A stretch of DNA of 64,000 nt, taken from positions 59,210,001-59,274,000 of the forward strand of contig OX597820.1 in assembly GCA_951406725.2 (NCBI GenBank), written 5' to 3'. The position numbers and the translations under genes are program-made. Shown here piece by piece: positions 26,169-38,900 of this stretch (position 1 is the first letter of the stretch; every line of letters starts with the position of its first letter). The DNA comes from Octopus vulgaris. Its lineage: Eukaryota. Under the pieces are notes generated by a model. The model was given only the letters and a program-made list of their open reading frames with translations, searched no databases and was not told the DNA's origin.

Positions 26169-27214
26169 GCGAGTGAGAAGCTGTATTTAACAAGAGAGCA
26201 ACTTAGTAAAACACTTCCAAGTTGGCACACACTCCAAAACTGTACTCACGCAGGCATTGGCTGGGAAAGCGTGTCCAATTGCAGCGACTTGTATTTTACA
26301 CTTGTGCTGCAGCAATATGTACAGCTGCACATGTTTTGGCATCGTAAGCGAGAGAGAGAGAGTGTGTGTGAGTCTGTGGAGAGGGACAGCAAATATTACC
26401 ACTAATACAATAACAGTAAAAATAATTTCTACAGAGACACAAGGCTAGAAGTTAGATGGAGGAGTACAACCGGTTATATCGACCTCACTACTTGACTGAT
26501 ACTTTATACTTTATCAACTCTGAAAGGATGAAAGGCAAAGTCGATTCCGGAGGATAGGCAGAAGGTCACAAATTTGAGATGGCCTACAGTCAATTAAATC
26601 GACCACGGAAACAAAAGCTAATATAAGCGAGATTTAGTCGTAAGGTAGTTTTGACTGATGAACGGAAACACAGTTACAGGAAAACGCCACAGCTTCTGGC
26701 TCGAAAAATATGTAACATTTTATTTAAATATCATAAATAATAGGTTAAAGTAATTAAACAAATAAGATTTTCAGTTATTAACAAACCATACACGATTTGT
26801 TTCAATGGTTATTACGCTATTATATAATGTTTACATATGTAGAAAAAATTACTTCAAAAAATATCATCGGAAATGTGGAAGGGGAGGGGGATTAGGAAAG
26901 TGCCGGACAAAATACTAAATTTAATATAATTAAGATGCTTTAAAATCTGTCCAACCCACCAAAAAAAATTGTATGAATACAAACTCCTTTCCTCTCATTA
27001 ATAAAAGAAGGAAAAGCAAAAGTTTTAACTGATATGCCTAATGTATTACATATTGCACTTTACTTGGTTTCAAGTGTGTCATATCCTGGTTCGTGGAAAA
27101 ATTGTCTTGCATGAAACCAGTCTGACAATTAATTACATTCCTAATAAACATGAACAAAGCATAACTTATTGAAAATGTTAAATAGAGAAGGGAACAATTA
27201 AAAAAGAAATATAT

Positions 27215-27368
27215 ACGTGGCTGTGTGATAAGTAGCTTGCTAACCAACCACATGGTTCCGGGTTCAGTCCCACTGCGTGGCATCTTAGGCAAGTGTCTTC
27301 TGCTATAGCCTCGGGCCGACCAATGCCCTGTGAGTGGATTTGGTGACGGAAACTGAAAGAAGCCTGTC

Positions 27369-27416
<48 letters not shown>

Positions 27417-27620
27417 CTGTGTTTGTCCCCCTAGCATTGCTTGACAACCGATGCTGGTGTGTTTACGTCCCCGTCACCTAGCGGTTCGGCAAAAAGAGAC
27501 CGATAGAATAAGTGCTAGGCTTACAAAGAATAAGTCCGGGGGTCGATTTGCTCGACTAAAAGGCGGTGCTCCAGCATGGCCGCAGTCAAATGACTGAAAC
27601 AAGTAAAAGAGTAAAGAGAG
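27215..27620 (+). mobile_element. tRNA-derived SINE, family A (CpGs well preserved)
   Basis: Near-consensus copy. Confidence 0.9.
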
Positions 27621-28539
27621 TGAATTACTTTTCAGCTAAATATTGCAGACATCTTAACTTCAAGGTTCGTCAAGCTATGAAGCCCAATCAGGGCCCACAT
27701 TGTGCAGATGGACACCTATGGTGGTATACCCAAGGGCTTGTCACATGGATTTGAAATATCAAAAAGTATTTTCTAAGGAAAAACCATCTCTTGTGCCAGT
27801 CAGTCATTATAACATGGTAAGCTTGAACACCAATTCGTACAACATTGAAGCAATGTGAAATTGCGTAAAATTATACACAATTTGACTGGAGTTTATGTGG
27901 TGTTATTCCTTTCCTAATAATGGTTTCTGATTTACATACGAGACTAACAATTTTTAAGAAAAGGGATAAGTCAATAACATCAACCCCAGTGTTTGATTCG
28001 TATTTTATTGTAGTGACTCTGGAAAGGATGAAAGTGTTGACTTCCACCTAAGAATATGAACAAGTATAAGAAGATATTAAGATTTGAGTATCATTAAAAG
28101 AAAAAGAAAATGGAGTTGAAAAATTATTGAAATATATTGGATCCATTTATTATTTCTATTTTTCGAATAAATCTTAAAACTTTAACTTTTCACCCACGAA
28201 GACATTTTTTATGCAAAAGAAAAAAAAAGAAAAAAGATTTTTTGGCTTGGAAAACACCTACTTCTGACCAAGTAAACTACTTTCACTTTCATATTCTTCA
28301 GTAAAAACAAAAGGCAACTTCAGCAACAGAAAGCATTAAATTGGTCATTTATATAAGTTTTCCTGTGATAGTTTCCCATAACCTTTCCTTCTAGATTCTT
28401 TATTCCAAAACTGAAAAGGCTTCAAACTTAGAAACAAAAGTGTATTTTTCTTTTTGAAGCACAATAATTGTTTTAATCGACTGTCAGTACTTGACAGGTG
28501 CTTTTTTTTATTTTATTAGTTTGGTCTGAAGGAAGGAAC

Positions 28540-29300
28540 TGTGCCCATGATCTCGGTAGGTCTTCTGGTGATTCTCATCGACTGGCTGGTGTATTCCTAG
28601 GAACTTTCAGTCTGAGGACTAGGGATAACTCCCAGAAACCTCTGGCTTGGCAGTGCTACTGAAGAAACACTATTAGCTCTAGGAAAAACTCTTCAGGTAT
28701 AGAAGTGCAGTTAGCAAAGCCAGTCTTAGCTGTATGCAGAATGAAGAACCCATTCTGCATGTGCTCATTCAGTGTCTAAGCATTGCTGATTTGTGGAGTT
28801 TTGTCAAGCAGCTGTCACAAGAGAGATCCAGCTATTGATCCAATGGATAATAATGATCACCCAGCTGTTTTCTTTTAATTTGAAAGGGGAAAGGGAAAAA
28901 AAAAGGTAAAGTTACCTTCTTAAATTATGCCGACTCATAAGGGCCAATTTCCCAGTTTCATGGCATATAAATTCCCAAACTGGATAGGACAGCAGTCTAT
29001 CACAGGAATACTCATTTTTGCCAGCTGAGTGAACTGGAGCAACATGAAGTGTTTTGCTCAATAACACAACACATCGCCTGGCCCAGGAATCGAAACCACA
29101 ATCTTACGATTATGAGTTCAACACCCTAACGACTAAGCCACGCGCCTCCCCATTGGAAAGGGTAATTAGCTTTCTACTATCTGGTGAGCATTGGTGAAAG
29201 AGGTTGTATAGTGGATGCAACAGAAAGGACTAAATACAGTCCTCACTGACTTTTTCAAGTTTCATTCATTTGGATAGGAAAGTGAATAAAGAGAGGAATG
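28540..29300 (+). mobile_element. Tx1/L1-like LINE C-terminal (zf-RVT) remnant, interrupted by a SINE
   Basis: KPLAWQCY...SCMQNEEPILHVLIQCLSIADLWSFVKQL. Confidence 0.55.
28905..29152 (-). mobile_element. tRNA-derived SINE (body Y, tail Q)
   Basis: Head GGAGGCGCGTGGCTTAGTCGTTAGGG...GTTTCGATTCC. Confidence 0.8.
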
Positions 29301-30864
29301 TGTTATATAAATCAGAGTATGATGTTAAACACCTTTAGTTTTAAATGAAGTCTATCAACTTTGATTGAAGATTCTACTTTGAATGGAGCAGTTGATTCTA
29401 AAATGGACTGAAAAATCAACTTTTAGTATTGCTGGCTCTGAATGATGATAATGATAGTGAAACAATAAATTACGGTTTATATATAAATAATAAAATTCCT
29501 ATATGCAACAAATGTTTACATCATCATCGTCATCATTTAACGTCCATTGTCCATGCTGGCATGGGTTGGACGAGGGCTGGCAAGCAGGAAGGCTGCACCA
29601 GACTCCAATCTGATTTCTACGGCCGGATGCCCTTCCTAATGCCAACCACTCCGAAAGTGTAATGGGTGCTTTGTGACATCAGTATCTGCCACGAATGTGA
29701 TTTTACTTGGCTTGGTGGGTCTTCTCAAGCATGACATAATGCCAAAGGTCTCAGTCATTGCCTCCGTTTCATTCATATAATACTGGTCAAACAGTGTGTT
29801 AAGTTTGCTTCTCAATTACATTATTCCAGGTTCAATCCTACTGTATGGCCCAAAGGCGAATGCCTTCTACTATAGCCCCAGGCCAACCAAAGCACTGAGT
29901 GGATTTGGTAAATGGAAACAAAGAAACCCACTGTATGTGTATGTTTATCCACCACCACCGCCACCAATCACCACTCGACAACTGGTGTTGGTTTGTTTAC
30001 ATACCTGTAACTTAGCAGTATGGCAAAAAGATATCAATAGAATAAGTACTAGGCTTAAAAGTACAGATGTTGAGGTTGATTCCTTTGACTGTAGCCCAAG
30101 TATGCAGTCCAATGAGTGAATCAAGTAAAACATAATAGCTCATCCCATCCTTCTCACAAGGCTTAAAAACCATTTCTAAAAATCAGTTCTTGGTCTCAAG
30201 TGGTTTGAATGAATTTATAGAGCATGAGAAATTTTAAAAGAACAGATCTGATTTATTTCACATTTTTCATCAGATTAGTCTGTGAGATCTAGTTCACAAT
30301 AAGTTCTTTTGAAATTCTCGATAAATAATGAAACAACTTTTTTTTTAAATTTTTCCTACAATGAAATGCAGAAAGAAAAATAAAACGGGACAAAAAGCTA
30401 GTAATTCCAGTGAAAATATACAATAGACATAAAACACTATTGTATGCAAGCAAAACAGGGAAAGTAATGAACATTCAACAGAGAAAGCAATAGAGCAGTA
30501 TTGTTTCACTTTCTGAATATTTTAAATCTGCTGTTTCAATTTTTTTTAAAGATGAAAATGAAATTACAAATGCAAACAAAATATATTTATTCGCAGAACT
30601 ACCATTTGAATTGCAGACATTGTGAGAAAGTGAGAGTACTCAGCATTTGTTTTACACCCACTCCTCTTACCTTTCTCTCTTCTTTATTCTTCCATACTAT
30701 CTTTTCTCTCATTTTACTCCACTCTCTCTTTTAATCCACCTCACTGAGATGGATAAGATAAGGAAAGTGACAAGTATGTAAAAGATTAAATAAAACAATG
30801 CACATAAACACGCACACACAAACACATATATATGTATATAGAAACACACACATATATCTAGGCT

Positions 30865-30909
<45 letters not shown>

Positions 30910-31599
30910 TCCTGTTCATTGAGAGTAATCTATTGACAGATGTATAGAGATCTATAAATGGTTGCATGTGTAGAGTATAATCTGTTGATGCCCCACACTA
31001 TCTTCCCACTTTCTCATTTATTCTGTAATTCCCTCATTATGATAACAGTAACACACTTTTCTGGTTAGACAATTTTATTTTTGTATATCCTCTTCCTTCT
31101 TCACTTCTGTAACTACATATTATAAACCAGGATATTTACTTCCAGTAAGATACACACACACACACACACACACACACAAATACACACAGACATTTGCTAC
31201 AAATTCATATAGGTGCAGACAGGCTGTGTGGTGTTATGAAGCTTGATTTCAACCACCTGGTTTTGAGTTCAGTCCCATTGCACGTCACATTGGCCATATG
31301 TCTTCTACTATAGCACCAGGCTGACAACAGCTTGTGAGTGAATTTGGAAGATGAAAACTATACAGAAGCCTGTCACATGAAATCTAGAAGTTTTTTTCAT
31401 TCTCTCTATTTATTTTCTCATTCCTTTCAGTTGAAGAGCGTAGACTCAAAACATAAAAGACTTTAAAATTTTCCCCGAGTGTCAAACTAATACACTTGCT
31501 TGTTGTTCATACACCTGTCTTTGTCTTTCTATAAATTTCAACTATATATATATATATATATATATAGTACAGTTCTATATTTAAGAGATCAGGAATTAT

Positions 31600-31866
31600 G
31601 TACATTATTTACATTTGACAGATATTTGTCCTCATCTGCTTGTTGTTAACGGTTCAGCTGATATACCCTCCAGCCTTCATCAGGTGTCTTGGGGAAAGAC
31701 AAAGAACAGATTATTATTACTATTATTCAGAACACTGCTTGGAATCGAACTTGGAATCTTGGGGTTAGTAGCACGCGCTCTTAACCACTACACACGAGCA
31801 TGTGGCATAGTGGTTCAGAGTGCAGGCTACTAATCCCAAGATTCCGAGTTTGATTCCAAGCAGTGA

Positions 31867-31904
<38 letters not shown>

Positions 31905-32035
31905 TCGAAAAATATCTTAAGAATGAGAACTCAGGTTCGAAATTTCCTCAAGACACCTGATGAAGGCTGGAGGGTATATCAGCCGAAACGTTAACAACAA
32001 ACAAGATGAGGACAAATATCCATCAAATGTAAATA

Positions 32036-32041
<6 letters not shown>
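31600..32041. mobile_element. Palindromic element: two head-to-head units of tRNA-like head + (AAT)n + hammerhead-like motif, between (TA)n tracts
   Basis: 31600-31697 is the reverse complement of ~31943-32041, and 31710-31790 of ~31805-31900. A/B boxes lie at the centre. Confidence 0.8.
31951..31995 (+). ncRNA. Hammerhead ribozyme-like motif (Penelope-type minimal); mirror copy at 31646-31690(-)
   Basis: CTGATGA-A-GGCTG(gagggtatat)CAGCC-GAAAC-GTT. Core boxes and stem II are intact; the stem I 3' strand is not evident. Confidence 0.55.
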
Positions 32042-32067
<26 letters not shown>

Positions 32068-32104
32068 GTTGAAAAAATTAGAGACCTATACAAATCAAAT
32101 TTTT

Positions 32105-33029
32105 ATAGATAAAAGATGGATGTGGAAATAGCACAGAAATCTAAGACATTTCAATTTAAGAGGGAATGTAATAAGGATGATTTTTAAAATTATATAAAGA
32201 AAATATTACTGGTTTTGATGATGAATCTCATCTTATCAAATATCTGTAAAAATGTTAAAAAATTTGAAGTAAAAGCAGTTTATCTTCTGTTGGGGGTGGG
32301 GGCATCAAAAACATGTCTGGAGACTTTTCATTGAAGTCTTTTTTAAATATAGTTTGGTACAGAGTTCAAAGTGTTAGAGAGTGACAGAAGGGAGAAGTTT
32401 ATCATCTAAAAGAAATCTTTGTGTGTTCCTGTCAACAGAGTGGCTAAAAAGCATTTATTGAAAGGGCTTTATGCCCCCCCCCTGTGTGAGAGTGAGTGTG
32501 TGTGTATATTGTGTTGAATGTCCTTTCAATATGTTTGGAAAGTGACCAGCTGTGAGTTGATGGGTGTGTATGTTGTGGAGTGTCTCCACCTGTGTATATG
32601 TGTGTGTATGAGTGTATGTTTAGGTGTGTTTGTGCATGTGTATGAGTATTTTTTGCAATGTTTTCTTTTGTGCATGTGAGTTTGTAGAGAATAGTGTGTG
32701 TGTGTGTGCTTTTGCGGAGTTTTCTTTTTTGTGTATGTGTGGGCATATATATGTATACACACACATATATATATATATATATATACTGGAACTCTAAACC
32801 AAACTATATTTAAAGAAGACTGCAATGAAAAATCTCCAGACATGTTCTTGATCCCCAAAAAGAAGATAAACTGTTTTTACTTCAAATTTTTACTGATATT
32901 TGATAAGATGAGATTAATCATCGAAACAGGTAATATTTTCTTTATATAATTTTTAAAATCATTTTTATTAAATTCCCTCTTAAAGTGAAATGTCTTAGAC
33001 TTCTGTGCTATTTCCACATCCATCTTTTA

Positions 33030-33036
<7 letters not shown>
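32105..33036. mobile_element. Foldback/MITE with ~260-bp TIRs and TG-rich spacer
   Basis: 32105-32372 is the reverse complement of ~32785-33036; TA-rich flanks. Confidence 0.8.
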
Positions 33037-33070
<34 letters not shown>

Positions 33071-33153
33071 CTGTGGTTGTCTCCCTACCACCACTTAACA
33101 ACCATTGTTGGTTTGTTTATATTCCCACACCTTAACAATTCAGTAAAAGAAAC

Positions 33154-33954
33154 GGATCTTTGTGGTTTTCGTCACTGTTTACAATTTTTTTCCAATTGTT
33201 TTCAAATTTGGTATATGGATTAAGATCTGTATACTAATTATGAAAATGAAATTCCATTTTTCTATAAATCCATAATTAAAAAGTTATTAGCCTTTAAAAT
33301 TTGCAAAATTTGGGTATTTTAGCCAATCAGAAATGAGTATTTTACACATCACTGTGGTGATAAACTCTGTTTCCATAGTAACCATGCGCATGCACACAAG
33401 AAGGAGAAAGAGATATGAGAAAGATAATCTACTATAACAATACTCTTTATGTTTTTCTGTCACAACATATGAATGAGAAAGGAAGGGGTGATAGATGAAT
33501 AAGGAAGGAAGGAAGGGATGACGGCAATCTGGTATTGGGAGCATTTCAAATGTGTGAGTATGTGTGTGTATGTAAAAGGAAGGTATGTGAATGTTTGTGT
33601 GTGTGTGTGTGTGTGTGCAATGGAAGTGGGATGGCGAACATTCAATGCTGAAACTAAAAATAAAAACAGCGTTTCAACTTTGTGTGAGTACATGTATATA
33701 TGTGTGCATAGCAATGTTTTGACATGCTGATGCCTCCCCCCTGCCATGATGGAAGAGGCAGCAAACATGCTGTTTTCTGATTGGCTAAAGATTTTGAAAA
33801 TGATCAAACTTTGAACACCTGTAACATTTTACAAAATCGTTTTGAAATAAATGCATAACAATTTCAGATTCAGTGGCAAAAATTACATCTATATGATACA
33901 TTAAAAAATCATTTTAAAGATAATTGTAACCAGTGATGAAAACCGCAAAGACCC
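33154..33954. mobile_element. Non-autonomous DNA transposon with GG termini and 8-bp TSD (Merlin- or MULE-like), inserted in a SINE
   Basis: ~33-bp TIRs GGATCTTTGTGGTTTTCGTCACTG / CAGTGATGAAAACCGCAAAGACCC; TSD AAAGAAAC at 33146-33153 and 33955-33962. Confidence 0.85.
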
Positions 33955-34711
33955 AAAGAAACCAACAGAATAAGTATCAGATTTAAAAATAAGTACCGAG
34001 GATGATTTGTTCAACTACACCCTTCAAAATGGTGCCCCAGCATGGTCACAGCCCAATGACTAAAACAAGTGAAAGATGAAAGATACAAGATATACTAGTC
34101 AAAGGAATAAAAGACAGTGAGTGACCATGACTGACCATGACCTATACAGCTGACTGAAGATATATATAGATTGTGATCTTCAGCCAATACATAAGAGGAA
34201 GACAGCTACAAGTCTTTGGTGTGTGCGCAATGAATCTAAGGTGTGAAATATGGCATGGATGACAAGGAAAGATTGATGCTGAGTAGGCCTCATTGGGAAA
34301 GGTTATTCAGCTCACTAGATCAGAACAGGTTGATAAGTTGGTGAGTAAATTTTCACCAGTTGGTCTAATAAACTTGTGTTGGATATGGTCTAAGAGGTTA
34401 GTGTAACAGAAGCACTGTACCAGACACATTAACAATACCATATATATAGATATATATATATATAGCAAAACGAAGTGGGATTAATACAAGATTAGTAATC
34501 TAGGTGAAATACTTCTTAAGCTCTCGGTAGATAAAAAATACACCAGGATATACAAGTGAGTCCTGTGATTGGTATTGTACTCCGGGTAATCCAAAATCAA
34601 AATCTGTCATTAGTCAGATTTGTAAATCCATGGTTCTGTTACAAGGTTAAGATGGTATAGTGTTACAGAGTGATACAGAAAATAGACAAAAATAATGGGT
34701 TATATACATTA

Positions 34712-34823
34712 GAGCCTTACAGCTGTTTCAGATATGGATTCATGGTTCAATTATATTTATAGACTGATTGATCAACTGAAAATAATGGGAACAGCCACTC
34801 TAAGATATCTTTTTCAGAGCCAC
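34712..34823 (-). ncRNA. Degenerate hammerhead-like motif in a ~34440-34840 element flanked by (TA)n
   Basis: CTGAAAA-AGATAT...ATATCT-GAAAC-AGCT-GTA; stem I partly paired. Confidence 0.5.
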
Positions 34824-34844
34824 AATTTTATATCTATATATGTG

Positions 34845-36920
34845 TGTTCATGAAAGACTGCTGAACATGGAGAATGAATGAGAGGAGGAGAGCCTGCCAA
34901 ATGTTGACCCAGCAGAGGGACCAGCTATCCGTATAGACAGCACCCTGGTAGATAAAGCAATTAAGGGTATGAAGCCAGGAAAAGCTCCAGGTCCATCAGG
35001 AGTCACTGCTGAGATGCTTAAAATATCTGGTAGTGTAGGCTATGGCCTAGTCATCCACATTGTAAACCAGTTAGTTCATGATGGAGGCATACCCAATGAC
35101 TGGCGTAGCAGCACCATAGTCAACTGCTACACGGGTAAAGATGATGCTTTAGATAGAAATAACTGCAGGGGTATCAAACTGCTGGATCAAGTGATAAAGG
35201 TCATGGAGAGGGTCATGACCCATCTCATTAGGGATAGGGTCTGCTTAGATGAGATGCAGTTCGGTTTTGTGTTAAGTAGAAGCACCACAGATAATATATT
35301 CCTGGTGGGGCAACTGCAGGAGAAATACCTAACCAAAGATAAACCCCTATACTTGGCTTTTGTGGACTTGGAGAAAGCCTTTGACAGGGTCCCCCGATCC
35401 CTTATCTGGTGGGCAATGTGGAAACTGGGGATTGACAAATGGGTAATAAGAGCTGTACAGGCCCTATACAGAGATGCCATTAGTAAGGTTAGTTGTTGGC
35501 AATGAGTATAGTGAAGAATTCCAAGTAGAAATAGGGGTCCACCAAGGATCAGCCCTCAGTACCCTTTTATTCATCATAATCTTCCAGGCAATAACAGACG
35601 ATTTCAAGACAGGTTGCCCCTGGAAGCTCCTCTATGCTGATGACCTGGCCCTCATAGTAGAATCACTACCAGAACAAGAGAAGAAATTTCAGGTGTGGAA
35701 GCAAGGTTTAGAATCGAAGGGCCTTAGAGTCAATGTTGCAAAGACCGAAGTTCTAGTAAGTAGGAAGGCAAACACAACACACCCCTTCAGGTAGGAGGCC
35801 CTGCTCGATCTGTAGAAAAGGTGTAGGCAGAAAGATGTACCCAGTGTAAGCTATGGTGTAGGTAGAAACTCCATAAGATGTACCCAGTGTAAGCTATGGA
35901 CACACAAGAGGTGCAGCAATATCAAAGGAAGATTAACCAGGAAGATAGCTTTTGTGTGGCAGATGCACAGGGGCAATAAAACACCACAGATGCTCAGAAA
36001 ACAGATTCCATCACATGCCAGGGGGAGAAACCACAAGTAGTTGATAGCTTCCACTACCTAGGTAACCAAGTCTGTAGTGGGGGTGGATACTCAGTGTTAC
36101 CACTAGAATAAGAATACCCTGGGAAAAGTTTAGAAAGCTTCTACCTCTACTGGTGACAGAGTGAAAGGTAGATTGTACAATACATGTGTGCGAACTGTCA
36201 TGCTTCACGGCAGTGAAACATAGGCCATGACTGCTGAGGTCATGTGTAGGCTCAAAAGAAATGAAGCTAGCATGATCTACTGGATGTTTAAAGTCAGTGT
36301 GCACACATGACAGAGTGTAAGCGACCAGAGAGAAATGTTGGACATAAGAAGCATTGGATGTGGCGTGCAAGAGAGACATTTGCGCTGGTATGGTCATGCA
36401 CTATAGAGAGATGAGAAGAGCTGTGTGAAGAAGTGCCACTCCCAAACAGTTGAAGGAATCCAGGGTAGAGGTAGACCCAAGAAGACATGGAATGAGGTGG
36501 TGAAGCATGACCTTCAAACATTGGATTTCACAGAGGCAATGATGAAAGACCGAGACCTCTGGAGATATGTTGTGACTGCAAAGACCTGACAAAGTGTAAC
36601 CTACACCAGTGTCGCATAACCAGCTCCAGCCCACTCAAAGGTACCTTGGATTGTAGGGCAACATGCTGTGCTTGAGGAGACCTATTGCATCAAGTACATC
36701 AAAATCAAATGGAAATTGTAATCATGATCCCTGTGCCAGTGGCACATAAAAAGCACCCATTACACTCTCAGAGTGGTTGGCGTTAGGAAGGGCATCTGGT
36801 TGTAGAAACACTGCCAGATCAAACTGGAGCCTGGTGCAGCCTCCTGGCTTCCCAGACCCCATTCGAACCGTCCAACCTATGCCAGCATAGAAAATGGACA
36901 TTAAACAATGATGATGATGA
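34845..36920 (+). mobile_element. 5'-truncated RTE-clade LINE, frameshifted RT
   Basis: ORFs 34969-35505 and 35474-35794: KAPGPSGV, RGIKLL, MQFGF, FVDLEKAFDRVP, GVHQGSALS, LLYADDLAL. 3' UTR ends in (TGA)n at ~36908-36920. Confidence 0.95.
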
Positions 36921-37589
<669 letters not shown>

Positions 37590-37919
37590 AATAACAAAAA
37601 TGTTAAGTTAATAATTCTTTCTCCACACTATAGGTGATGGGTGTAATTAACATGTCCTGACTTACTTTACAATGTCAGCATCAACCTTATTTGGTTTACA
37701 TGCAGAGTGTGTCCCTAAGCATTTATCCACCAACCTATATCCATTTTATATAACATCATTTTAGCATCCACTTTTCTATGCTTGCATGGAATTTGTAGAG
37801 GCCAATGTACTATGGCCAGATGTCTTTCTTGTCACCCAAGTTAGTTAATATTTTCCCCATGAGCATGTTTTAAAAGAAAATTAAAAATGAAGGGTTAACA
37901 AAAAAAAAAAAAAGGAGCT

Positions 37920-38900
37920 AGAAAGAACTAGAATGGGTATCTTGAACAATAACAAAGAATTTATTTAAGTGTGATGACAGGCCAGGGCGAGAAAGTGCAG
38001 AGACCTGTCAGAAAACTGACAGTTGTAAGCATGGGGGAGTAGCTCTTTCTTCTAAACTTTGCTTTCCCAAGTAAAAAAAATATCTTTGACAAGTGAACTT
38101 TCATTTAAAGTAGGAGATGGGGGAATGGAGAAAAAGTGTGTGTGGGAGCAAAGTAAACCCAACAAGGTCATTAGAATATGTCAGAATGTCGCTATAAAAC
38201 TAATTAAAGAGATCACCACAGTCCAACAGAACATGTCCTCTGATAAGATGACACCAAGTGAAAAGTTATATTTTCAAGCCAATGCTTTATTTAGACAGAG
38301 AGTTTAACTTAGTCAAGTTAGTTCCTTCTAAAGAACTGAAGAGGGGCAATGCTCATTGCTTTTGCTCACCCTCGAAACCCAGTGTGATGGATGAAAAGTA
38401 TGACTGCAGTTGACATTGTTTGAATATCTGTATGTAGGGTTGTGTCTGCAAGGGGAAAAAAAATAAGGAAACGAAGAAGCTCTTCTTTTAATATGCTGGT
38501 TAAATCAGGAGGAAGGAGCTGTACTCTTGACCTTCACAGTCCCTCCAAGACTGAATAACCAAAAGCTGGTGGTTAACAGGAAATACATGTATAGAAAAGT
38601 AATTAGAAGCTTGGCATTCTTACCAGGAAAGATAATGAAGTCTTTAGTGTGGGATATAAGTTGACAAGATAGTGTGGGTGATGTGAGAGAGAGAGGGAGG
38701 GAGAGAGTGGTGTGTCAGGGTAGAGGTGGTATACAACTGGTTAGTTCTGAGGAAGGGAAGCAATTGTATTAAACAACATAATAGTCAGATTGAGGAGACA
38801 GCTGCTGTGTTGGTGAGTCATGGGCTTTGTAATCAGTTGGACTGGATGAGATATCTTGTAAGGTGTTGCATGAGATATCTTGTAAGGTGAGATTAAAGTA
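37920..38900 (-). mobile_element. Possible highly decayed Penelope-like RT
   Basis: Weak motif remnants in the expected order: KYNFSL, SFIATF*HILM (~FAPxYANLFM), LVKDIFFTW (~YIDDIFFIW), TVSFL (~VxFLD). Confidence 0.35.

Noticed and set aside
26657-26690. CTGATGA...GAAA match (also 3912-3935)
   Set aside because: No convincing stem I/II pairing or cleavage triplet; treated as chance.
31800-31870. tRNA gene (also the heads at 62730, 29150 and 11650)
   Set aside because: A/B boxes are present but there is no proper acceptor stem, and each continues into a repeat body; these are SINE-type heads.
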